Source of the DNA: Actinomycetes bacterium
GTDB taxonomy: Bacteria; Planctomycetota; Phycisphaerae; JAACET01
Length of the DNA stretch: 64,000 nt
Assembly: GCA_030614915.1 (NCBI GenBank)
Contig: JAUXAG010000001.1
Location: 61,170 to 125,169, forward strand
Direction of reading: 5' to 3'
Below, piece after piece: positions 56,647-64,000 of the stretch. How positions within the stretch are numbered: the first letter of the stretch is position 1; each line of letters begins with the position of its first letter. The notes under the pieces are model-generated. The model was not told the DNA's origin. It worked only from the letters and a program-made list of their open reading frames with translations, and ran no database searches. The position numbers and the translations under genes were made by a program.

Positions 56647-56654
56647 TCCCTTGC
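56636..56654 (+). repeat. 19-bp direct repeat, left copy (GGGATAAATAGTCCCTTGC)
   Basis: An identical 19-mer occurs at 57917-57935. This copy overlaps the last codons and stop of ORF 56380-56646. Confidence 0.9.
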
Positions 56655-56984
56655 TGGTTAGGAAACCGGGCAAGGCTACAGATGCTGGATGGCCTTTCAC
56701 ACACCGAGACCTGGAGGAAAAGAGAGGCCGGAGTAAGGCCGGGCGCTGTGAAATACGGCGCCAGGGTGAGGGGCCATTTACCGGACTTTTACTGGATTGG
56801 ACGGTTAAAACGACCGATGATTTTTCTTGAATTTAACTGGAAATAGCTTGTGCGATGAGTCCACTTCTGGTAAAGAATAATACTAAGGATACTGGTGAGG
56901 TCCGATAACTCCTTTTATTACAAGACTTATGAAGCTTCAGGCAGCTTTCGTGTTTGAGAAAGTTCTTGATTAAAAGGGATTCTC

Positions 56985-57356
56985 TTGGTAGAATTAAAGG
57001 AGAGAGCAGAAAGGAAACACTCCGTGGCACGTCGACTCCGTATATGTGGTTACATTGAGCTTACGATCAAACTACAACAGGACCCAGAGCAGGGTGTTTG
57101 GGATGCCGTCTGCCTTGAACTGGGGACCGCAACGTTCGGCGACACCATTGAGCAGGCCACACAAGAAATTGGAGAGATGATAACTCTACACCTTAACGGA
57201 TTAGAGGCCGTTGGCGAACGTACGCGGTTTTTTAGAGAGCATGGAATTGTATTGCACCGCGTCAAGCCCAGACTTCAAAGCAAGCAGGTAAGGGTTCCCT
57301 TTAAAGATGACATATTTGTCAAGCCTGTTCTCCAGCCAGTTCTCGCCCCCGCATAG
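56985..57356 (+). CDS. HicB-family antitoxin-like protein
   Basis: 123 aa (GTG at 57024 is an alternative start). Motif WDAVCLELGTATFGDTIEQATQEIGEMITLHL, the typical HicB N-terminal fold pattern. Confidence 0.6.
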   Translation: MVELKERAERKHSVARRLRICGYIELTIKLQQDPEQGVWDAVCLELGTATFGDTIEQATQEIGEMITLHLNGLEAVGERTRFFREHGIVLHRVKPRLQSKQVRVPFKDDIFVKPVLQPVLAPA

Positions 57357-57364
57357 AAAACCAT

Positions 57365-57667
57365 ATGGTGCAAAGGAAGCACAGAGGGAGACGTAAGAAG
57401 AAGAAGGTTGCTGCTCTTCCGGCAATCACAGGAGAACAGCTTCTTAACCTACTGGTGAAAGACGGTTGGAAACACGTCGGCAAGGCCACTCATGGCGAAT
57501 CTATTAGCAAGTTCTTCGCGGGGCGGCGGCGCGTTACCGTAATACCATGCAAGAAGGGGTCCCTAACCACAACGACTCGCAGCCAAATCCTTAGCAGTAA
57601 ACAGACGGGCTTGGGCAGAATGGGGCTGGCCCGCCTTATAGAGATATATGGCCTTAAAGGCGGTTGA
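57365..57667 (+). CDS. HicA/YcfA-like toxin-like protein
   Basis: 100 aa. Basic N-terminus, then LLNLLVKDGWKHVGKATHGESISKF...RVTVIP, resembling the HicA dsRBD-like fold. The catalytic His context is atypical. Confidence 0.5.
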   Translation: MVQRKHRGRRKKKKVAALPAITGEQLLNLLVKDGWKHVGKATHGESISKFFAGRRRVTVIPCKKGSLTTTTRSQILSSKQTGLGRMGLARLIEIYGLKGG

Positions 57668-57916
57668 ATCTCTTTCGCTACACACAAACAGCCCCACAAC
57701 CTTCTTTTCTCTCGGGGTGAACACAACAAGAAGCTACCCAAAGGGTTTTACCTGGCGGGCGGCCTCTTTTTTTGCGCCTATTGTGGCGCTATTGTGGCGC
57801 ATCAGGTACGATTAGGTTGCTCCGAGAGTGCGCCGCCAGTGCTCCGGCAGTGCCATAAGCCCATATAGCACTGATTGTTAGTGTAGTGTTGACAGGGGGT
57901 TAGAAATGGCCTTGCA

Positions 57917-57935
57917 GGGATAAATAGTCCCTTGC
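57917..57935 (+). repeat. 19-bp direct repeat, right copy (GGGATAAATAGTCCCTTGC)
   Basis: Identical to 56636-56654, 1281 bp downstream of it. Confidence 0.9.
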
Positions 57936-57983
57936 GCGAGTGGGACGATAAGAACGAAATCACCCAGCCGGGTTTGACAGAAC

Positions 57984-58400
57984 CTACTCTAAATCTTTCC
58001 GGGGGTTTGGCGTTTGGTAGGAATTCTTCGATTCGAGGCGCAGGGCTAAGTCAATTGAGTTAGCTAAGGGGCTGATCAAATGGGCCAAGAGTTTAGTCTC
58101 CTGGGTGGTGAAGGGGTTTTGCCGCCTGCGTTGGAGGACAAGGGCAGCAATTGGTCGGCGGCGGATCTTCTCGATGAGCCACTTTCCGTCGGCGTCGGGC
58201 AGAGACAAATCAGTAAGAACCAAGTCGAATGGTTGGCGGTCCATCCTCATGAGAGCCCCGGACGCAGTGGCAGCCGAGACGGCGTTGCAGCCACAACTGT
58301 CGGTTATGAGCTCCTGTAAATGACGGCGGAGCTGCTTTTGCGGGTCGACCAGCAAAACATTGGGGTGGTCATTCTTTTTGGAGGGGTAATCGTCAGCCAC
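57984..58400 (-). CDS. stand-alone response-regulator receiver domain protein (atypical)
   Basis: Start placed at GTG 58398-58400 (MADDYPSKKNDHPNVLLVD...). Phospho-acceptor context FDLVLTDLSLPDADG. The conserved Lys-Pro region is not evident. The track ORF extends to 58607 but overlaps the kinase gene. Confidence 0.6.
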   Translation of the reverse strand: MADDYPSKKNDHPNVLLVDPQKQLRRHLQELITDSCGCNAVSAATASGALMRMDRQPFDLVLTDLSLPDADGKWLIEKIRRRPIAALVLQRRRQNPFTTQETKLLAHLISPLANSIDLALRLESKNSYQTPNPRKDLE

Positions 58401-58443
58401 AATACACCCGGAGGACCAAGAGGTACAAATTGGCAAAAGTTTG

Positions 58444-60210
58444 TCATCCGTTTTTAGCCAGGGGCAGGGCCATCCAGACCGTAGTGCCCTGACCGGGATG
58501 ACTGCGGAGCCAGAGACGTCCTTGGTTCGCCTCGATAAAGGCCTTGGCCCTGGTGAGTCCCAGCCCACGACCCCGGCCGGCTGGGGCAAAAGAGAAAAAG
58601 GGAACAAAGGCGTTTCGAGCCACCGCGGGATCCATTCCTATACCGCTATCGGCTACCTCGAGGGTGAGCTTTTCTTGCAGTTCGTCCACACGGCAGCGAA
58701 CGCAGATGGTTCCCGGTCGGTCTGCCAGAGCGGCCAAGGCGTTTTTGAGCACCTCCAGGAGGGATTGTTCAAACATTTCGGGGTCGATAAATGCAGGGGG
58801 CAGGTGGCTGGGCAGGTCGCAATTCACCTGGGAATCGCCGGCCTGGGCCTTTCCAGCCAGGGCGGCACAGAGTCTGCGAATTATCGGCTCCAGTTGGGTA
58901 GGCTTCGGGGAAGGCACCGGCGGCTGGACCGCGGTCAAGAGTTCGGCAGCAATGTCGGAGGCCTGGCGGGCCTGGCTGCCGATCAGCTCCAGGGTTTTCT
59001 TCTTACGGGGATCGGTTTCCTGCTTGGCCAAGATTTGGCTGCGTCCAGCGATGACGGCCAAGGGGTTGTTTAGCTCGTGAGCGGCTCCGGCAGCCACTTG
59101 GGCTAACTCGGTGTCCAAGGTTTTTCGGTCGAGTTTAGGAGCGGCCTGGCGGGCGATCTCTGCAAATCGCTGGGACAGCTTTTCAGCATCTGCGAGCTGA
59201 GTGAGCTGTTGGGCCAACTCGTCCTTGAGCTGGGCGTGAAGCTTGGTGATTCTGGAAAGAAGGCGAGCAAGGGCCTGGATAGACCGCTGGGGTTCAGCAG
59301 GCTCATCAAGTGCCAGGGCTCGAACGGCATCATCGAGCTCTTGGGGAATACTTCGACTCAAGTCGGTCAAGCACTCAGAGTCCAGGCCGATCTGGTCCGC
59401 CAGCTCGGCAGCATCACAGGACAAGTCCAGGTTGCCGGACTCACCGAGGGCAAGTTGGCGAGCGAGGGTGTCGGCGAAGATTACCAGCGGCAGGTAAGAC
59501 TGCTCGGGCAACGTTTGCCAGGGATGGTGGTGCAGCCAGATGGTCTTGGCCAAGCTGGCAGGCAAGTGGAGGTTGCGGGCAAGGCGTCGGCCCAGAGTGG
59601 TGTGGTCGAAGTCGAAGACCCGGCGTTCGGCGTCGAGCAGATCCTGGCCTCCTGTGCGAGCCAACTGCCAAGCTCGGCTTAGACTCTTGGGCACGGCCAT
59701 TGAAAGAACGAGCTTGCCGAGATCGTGGAGCAATCCGGCGGTGTATGCCCGTTCGGGCTTGGGGGGTTGGTCCGGCTTTGGGGCAAGGGGCTCGGATTCG
59801 CCGGTGAGTCGCTGGGCGGCGGCTCGGCTAATCAGGGCCACAGCCAAGCTGTGACGCCAGAGCTCGGCCCGATTGAGCGAGCCGGCCTGGTGGTGGGGTT
59901 GGACGTCTATACTGGCCACGGCGGTTCTCAGCACGGCCGAGAGAATTTGGACAGAGGGCAGGATCTGCCAGGCCTGGTCGAGGGTGAGCGATTTTTCCGG
60001 GTGCGTGGCAGCGGCCGAAAGGACCGCAGCAGTGAGGATCGGGTCGTACCTGACGATGGTTTTGAGCTTTTCGGTAGAATTGAGGTCTTCGGCCAGAAGC
60101 TCCAAGACCAAGCGGGCCACGGCGCTGATGGTGGACAGTGGGCCGAGGGCGTCGAGAAAACTATCCAGCCGAGAGTCGAGGCTGGCAATGTCATCCTGGT
60201 CAGAAGCCAT
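58444..60210 (-). CDS. HDOD domain-containing sensor histidine kinase
   Basis: 588 aa. N-terminal HDOD (TIVRYDPILTAAVLSAA...GLLHDLGKLVL), HisKA AAHELNNPLAVI and HATPase GIGMDP...GRGRGLGL. Confidence 0.8.
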   Translation of the reverse strand: MASDQDDIASLDSRLDSFLDALGPLSTISAVARLVLELLAEDLNSTEKLKTIVRYDPILTAAVLSAAATHPEKSLTLDQAWQILPSVQILSAVLRTAVASIDVQPHHQAGSLNRAELWRHSLAVALISRAAAQRLTGESEPLAPKPDQPPKPERAYTAGLLHDLGKLVLSMAVPKSLSRAWQLARTGGQDLLDAERRVFDFDHTTLGRRLARNLHLPASLAKTIWLHHHPWQTLPEQSYLPLVIFADTLARQLALGESGNLDLSCDAAELADQIGLDSECLTDLSRSIPQELDDAVRALALDEPAEPQRSIQALARLLSRITKLHAQLKDELAQQLTQLADAEKLSQRFAEIARQAAPKLDRKTLDTELAQVAAGAAHELNNPLAVIAGRSQILAKQETDPRKKKTLELIGSQARQASDIAAELLTAVQPPVPSPKPTQLEPIIRRLCAALAGKAQAGDSQVNCDLPSHLPPAFIDPEMFEQSLLEVLKNALAALADRPGTICVRCRVDELQEKLTLEVADSGIGMDPAVARNAFVPFFSFAPAGRGRGLGLTRAKAFIEANQGRLWLRSHPGQGTTVWMALPLAKNG

Positions 60211-60241
60211 CTTCTCTCTCTAAGAAGAGTTGGGCCGACAA

Positions 60242-60808
60242 CTACATGCCCAGCAGGACGCATATGCGGTCAAGCAAACGGTCAACGTCGAAGGGCTTCT
60301 GGAAAAAGTCGTCGGCACCGTCGGCAAAAAGCTGCTTAACCTGTTTCTTGTCGATCACCCCGGAAACGATAATGATCTTGGTATCAGCCAGGTCGGGATT
60401 ATTACGAACAGCCTTGCAAACCACGTTGCCGTTGATGTCCGGCAGGAGGTAGTCGAGAATGAGCACATCGGGACGAAACTTCTGGGTGAGCAGGCCAGCC
60501 TTATAACCGGAGTCGGTGGCCTTGGTTTCGAATCGTCCGTCGCGGGTGAGCATGTCGGTGAGAAGGTCGACGATTTCGGGGTCGTCTTCGACGATGAGGA
60601 CCTTGCGTTTGGCCGAGCCGAGCTGGCCAAGGGGGATGTTATTCTTCTTCATGAACTTGATGAGGCTATCGCGGGGAATGCGACGAAACTTTGAGCCGGG
60701 CACCAGGAAGCCCTTGAGTTGGCCCCTGTCGAAACAACGAATGATGGTCTGCTGAGAAATCCCACAAATCTGGGCCGCTTCACCGGTAGAATAAGCTTGC
60801 TTGGCCAT
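60242..60808 (-). CDS. response regulator with N-terminal excisionase/MerR-type HTH
   Basis: 188 aa. YSTGEAAQICGISQQTIIRCFDRGQL (HTH_17-like), then REC (KVLIVEDDP...DVLILDYLLPDING...IIIVSG). Confidence 0.75.
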   Translation of the reverse strand: MAKQAYSTGEAAQICGISQQTIIRCFDRGQLKGFLVPGSKFRRIPRDSLIKFMKKNNIPLGQLGSAKRKVLIVEDDPEIVDLLTDMLTRDGRFETKATDSGYKAGLLTQKFRPDVLILDYLLPDINGNVVCKAVRNNPDLADTKIIIVSGVIDKKQVKQLFADGADDFFQKPFDVDRLLDRICVLLGM

Positions 60809-60900
60809 GTGCTGCCTCCTGAATAGCCAACGTACGTCATCCAGTCAAGATGGGCAAGTTGGCGGGTTGCCAAATCGCCCAATACCGCCAGACTGTTTAT

Positions 60901-60928
60901 ATTATATAGATTTACAGGTTCGGGTCAA
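60901..60928 (-). promoter_or_regulatory. sigma-70 promoter for the HTH-REC/HDOD-kinase/REC operon
   Basis: On the minus strand: TTGACC (60928-60923), 16-nt spacer, TATAAT (60906-60901). About 90 nt upstream of the ATG at 60808. Confidence 0.55.
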
Positions 60929-61023
60929 GGGCAAGATAGTGATAGTTTTGGGCAAAGCCGGTATGTTGCTGATTGGAGAAGGGATTGGCTGAGCTGGTGG
61001 CGTATCCGGTCTAGGGGTGCATG

Positions 61024-61262
61024 TCATGTTTGTAGGTAGATTATTCCTTGGGTGATGGCATATTGTCATCCTCGCGCAGGCGGGGATCCATCTTTTCCTG
61101 GCCGTTTACAGCATTATTGGCCTGGATTACCGCTAAAGCGGTGGTAAGAGCCCGCTCCCTGCCTTCGCAGGGACAAGCTTCGCGGGAATGACAGTTAGTA
61201 GGCTAAATTACCGCTCTTTTGGCCGTCCAGTACCCTTTACCTACAAACATGACATGCACCCC
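61024..61262. mobile_element. 239-bp MITE-like element with perfect 25-bp terminal inverted repeats
   Basis: GGGGTGCATGTCATGTTTGTAGGTA (61024-61048) and its exact reverse complement (61238-61262). The interior carries GTCATCCTCGCGCAGGCGGGGATCC / CTTCGCGGGAATGAC-type palindromic modules. CTAG is adjacent on both sides. Confidence 0.75.
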
Positions 61263-61266
61263 CGGG

Positions 61267-62127
61267 CTAGTCGACGGAGTGTTCGATGGCCTGTCCGGCA
61301 GAAAGGCGAGCAAGGATTCTGGTAAAGGCCTGTGCGTTGCGGGCGGCTTGGCCGAGGTGGCAGTTGTTGAAAAAAGCAAAGACCACCCGGGGGTGGATAT
61401 CCGGACTGGACCAGTGGGCGGCAAGGGCAGTGAGCTCTTGGTCACTGTAGTTGTAATCGTACCGCTGGGCAAGGCCAGCATGCCACTTGGCGGGGTTTCT
61501 GGAGTGGAGTCGCAAATATCCGGTGGCGGTAGTAATCGCGGGCTGGGGCCGGTATAAGGCGCTGATTTCGGGGCAGTCGGGGACGACGAGGGTTACCTGC
61601 CTTTGGCGCAGACCTTCAAGGCTGGCGGGGTGGTCCCAGGAGGCATGTCTAAACTCGACGGCGAGATTTACGGAACTGAGCCGATGCAGGGCAGAGTCGA
61701 GATAGTTGCGGTTGGCAATAGTGCGATGAAAAGACTGGGGGAATTGCAGGAGCACCCCAGAGAGCTTGCGGCTTTGCTTGAGGGGTTGGAGGTTGTCCAG
61801 GAAAGAAGAAGCGGCCTGGGAGTCCTGCTCGTGGGTAATCTTGCGATTGGCCTTGAGCCAGAATTGAAAATCATCGGGGCTGTTGCGTGCCAGCTCGGTC
61901 AAAGTGGCGGCGGTGTCCATTCGGTAGAAGGTGAAATTCAACTCCACGGCCCGGAAGTGATGGGCGTAGATGGCGAACATATCTTTTTGCCTGGTGCCGG
62001 GCGGATAAAAAGGCCCGACCCAGTCGGCGAAGGAGTAACCGCTGGTACCTACGATGTATCTGGTATTGCAACTCATGAGGACCTGAAGCGAAGAGGGCGT
62101 TGGTGGGCGTGCGAACGCGTTTGCCAA
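61267..62127 (-). CDS. DUF72 (UPF0759/YecE) family protein
   Basis: 286 aa. Motif GTSGYSFADWVGPFYP...FRAVELNFTFYRM. Confidence 0.8.
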   Translation of the reverse strand: MANAFARPPTPSSLQVLMSCNTRYIVGTSGYSFADWVGPFYPPGTRQKDMFAIYAHHFRAVELNFTFYRMDTAATLTELARNSPDDFQFWLKANRKITHEQDSQAASSFLDNLQPLKQSRKLSGVLLQFPQSFHRTIANRNYLDSALHRLSSVNLAVEFRHASWDHPASLEGLRQRQVTLVVPDCPEISALYRPQPAITTATGYLRLHSRNPAKWHAGLAQRYDYNYSDQELTALAAHWSSPDIHPRVVFAFFNNCHLGQAARNAQAFTRILARLSAGQAIEHSVD

Positions 62128-62404
62128 GCGTGCTGCTTCTACCTCAGATTAGCAATGTCCTGTATGGAGGTCAAGCAGGCCCTGAGAGCGGATCATGCCT
62201 ACCTTCATTGAGGTGTCACGCTGGCGGGAATGGGGGACAAGAGAGGTAACGAAAAGGTTGGGAGAGTGGGTTTTGGACTTGACGTGGGTCTCGGGGCCCG
62301 TAAGAATGATTTCGATGCTCTCGGCGGTCGAGGGCAACAATCTGTCTATTCGGGAAATCTTGAGCGAAGAACTGTCCTTGTATATTCTTTGCGAGTAATT
62401 TGAT

Positions 62405-64000
62405 ATGGAACTTCCCCGTCGGGCTCGTGGCGATGAGTTGCTCAGGTCGGGCGAACTGAGGAATATTCGTCTGCGTCTGCGGACGATGGCGGCCAAACAT
62501 GACTTGAGCACGGTGATCGCCTGTGCGTTCGACCATCGCACAAGCATGCTTCCATTTATCTATGCCGACACGCGGATGTCGCCAGCGGGGGTACGGGCGA
62601 TCGGATCAGCGATGGTCGATGCGGGCTTTAAGAAGACCCGGATCGTGCTGCAGCAGTGGAACAGGAATTTTCGCCCGTCGCAGATGCGGCTGGACGGAAG
62701 CATGCCCGACATTTTCATGGTTTCAAGCATGTACATCCACTCAGCCAGGTGCTGGGATTTGATTCGAGACGCTTGCCGGATCGAAGCGTCCGAGCGTCCG
62801 CTGATCATTGCCGGCGGTCCGAAGGTCATTTATGAGCCCTGGGGAGTCTTCAGCGCGGACCCGACCGATGCCTGGGGAGCTGACGTGGCGGTCACCGGCG
62901 AGGAATACGTTCTCCTTAACCTGCTTGAAGTATTGCTGTCCGTTCGTATGGGCAGTGAGTCCATACGAAGGACCTTCCTGCGGGCACGCGATAGCGGAGC
63001 GCTCGATAAGGTCCCCGGTCTGGTCTACACACTTGGCAGCCGCGATGGGGTGGCGGAGGAGTTGGTTGACACAGGCATCCAGCGTCTTGTTGGCGACCTG
63101 GATGAATTGCCGGATCCGGTCTTAGGGTATCAGCTTCTCGAGCCGCCCAGTAGTCGGGCCACACTGGACTCCCACGCGCTTTCCGCGGAGCGGGTTCACA
63201 AGTACAGCCCAATCGGGGCCCTGGTTCTGACGTTGGGCTGCAAGTTTGCCTGTCCCTATTGTCCAATTCCAGCCTATAACCAACGGCAATACCGTACAAA
63301 GAGCGGCGAGCGGATCAGCGAGGAGATCGAGCGACTATACCAGCAATACCATATTCGTTTTCACTTCGGGGCTGATGATAACTTTTTCAACGATCAAGCT
63401 CGAACGCTCGATATCGCCGAGGCCTTAGCCAGAAAGGTGGACTCCGGTTCGAGGGCCCACTGTAAGATCCGCTGGGGTACAGAAGCGACAGTCCGGGACA
63501 CATTAAAGATGAAGGATCATCTGTCTGTGGTGCGGAAAGCAGGACTCTGGGGGCTGTGGCTGGGTGTGGAAGACATGAGTGGTGCCCTGATCAGCAAGGG
63601 CCAAAGCGTCGATGAAACCGCCGAGGCGTTCAGTCTCCTGCGGGAAAACGGGATTTTCCCAATACCCATGATGATGCACCATGACTCCCAGCCGTTGTAT
63701 ACGCGGAAGGATCAAAGCGGGCTGCTGAATCAGGTCAACTTGCTGCGAAAGGCTGGGGCAGTCGCCATACAGATCATGATGCTCACGCCCTCTCCCGGCT
63801 CGAAACTGTACGTGAAGACCTATACTTCGGGGTTGGCCTACGAAAGTATAAACGGGCTTCCCGTCGAGCCGTACGTTGTCGACGGGAATCACGTTGTCGC
63901 GTCCGGGCATCCAAAACCCTGGCAAAAGCAGCTCAATTTGCTGCTGGCGTACCTTTGCTTCTACAATCCCTTGCGATTCCTGGCAGCACTTGTGCGTCCG
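62405..64000 (+). CDS. B12-binding-domain radical SAM protein (3'-truncated by the window end; not in the ORF track)
   Basis: Open frame from ATG 62405 to the window end, translated by hand. CxxxCxxC motif LGCKFACPYCPIP at about 63234-63272. The N-terminal half resembles a B12-binding Rossmann-like domain (IIAGGPKV...VTGEEY). Confidence 0.7.
   Translation, partial: MELPRRARGDELLRSGELRNIRLRLRTMAAKHDLSTVIACAFDHRTSMLPFIYADTRMSPAGVRAIGSAMVDAGFKKTRIVLQQWNRNFRPSQMRLDGSMPDIFMVSSMYIHSARCWDLIRDACRIEASERPLIIAGGPKVIYEPWGVFSADPTDAWGADVAVTGEEYVLLNLLEVLLSVRMGSESIRRTFLRARDSGALDKVPGLVYTLGSRDGVAEELVDTGIQRLVGDLDELPDPVLGYQLLEPPSSRATLDSHALSAERVHKYSPIGALVLTLGCKFACPYCPIPAYNQRQYRTKSGERISEEIERLYQQYHIRFHFGADDNFFNDQARTLDIAEALARKVDSGSRAHCKIRWGTEATVRDTLKMKDHLSVVRKAGLWGLWLGVEDMSGALISKGQSVDETAEAFSLLRENGIFPIPMMMHHDSQPLYTRKDQSGLLNQVNLLRKAGAVAIQIMMLTPSPGSKLYVKTYTSGLAYESINGLPVEPYVVDGNHVVASGHPKPWQKQLNLLLAYLCFYNPLRFLAALVRP

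Noticed and set aside
57778-57799. Possible CRISPR or tandem-repeat array (CTATTGTGGCG x2)
   Set aside because: There are only two adjacent 11-mers with no spacers. No repeat-spacer periodicity occurs anywhere in the window and no cas genes are present.
58401-58607. N-terminal 69 codons of the 207-aa track ORF for the stand-alone receiver
   Set aside because: This part overlaps the 3' end of the histidine kinase gene in another frame and has no receiver-domain similarity. A GTG at 58398-58400 gives a normal-length receiver domain.

Overview
This is a 64-kb, moderately GC-rich, densely coding chromosomal segment with about 60 credible CDS and 2 tRNAs (Phe-GAA, Arg-TCT). I found no rRNA, CRISPR array, prophage or recognisable defence operon. 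Gene content includes three ECF sigma/anti-sigma pairs, a long sigma-70 with an HTH-rich N-terminal extension, a PEP-CTERM cargo protein, two CPBP proteases and GT9/LPS-kinase envelope genes. It also includes desulfoferrodoxin, LDH and a short ThiC. This points to an anaerobic Gram-negative organism, plausibly Planctomycetota/Phycisphaerae-like, but that is inference only. Housekeeping genes recognised with good confidence are dfx, ldh, comM/yifB, acpS, cinA, trpC, mlaFED, floA with two nfeD genes, thiC, metK, dapF, rsmB, fmt, hsp20, fba and cca. The accessory or unusual content is mostly non-coding or mosaic: (1) three MITE-like elements, one of which is confirmed by a paralogous empty site and carries YTAR-type target duplications. 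(2) A tandem mosaic duplication downstream of a DUF2062 gene that swaps a CsgG-like gene for an AT-rich orphan. (3) A 313-bp nested-palindromic element upstream of an hsp20 gene that has a textbook sigma-54 promoter. (4) A HicBA cassette bracketed by 19-bp direct repeats. (5) A promoter-plus-terminator-bounded candidate small RNA next to a truncated phosphomannomutase remnant. (6) A single in-frame TAG separating a UxaE-like epimerase from a PfkB kinase that has no canonical start codon. I could not identify a clear multi-gene novel system. The items above and the HTH-REC / HDOD-kinase / degenerate-REC operon are the best leads. All homology calls come from motif recognition by eye, since no searches were run.
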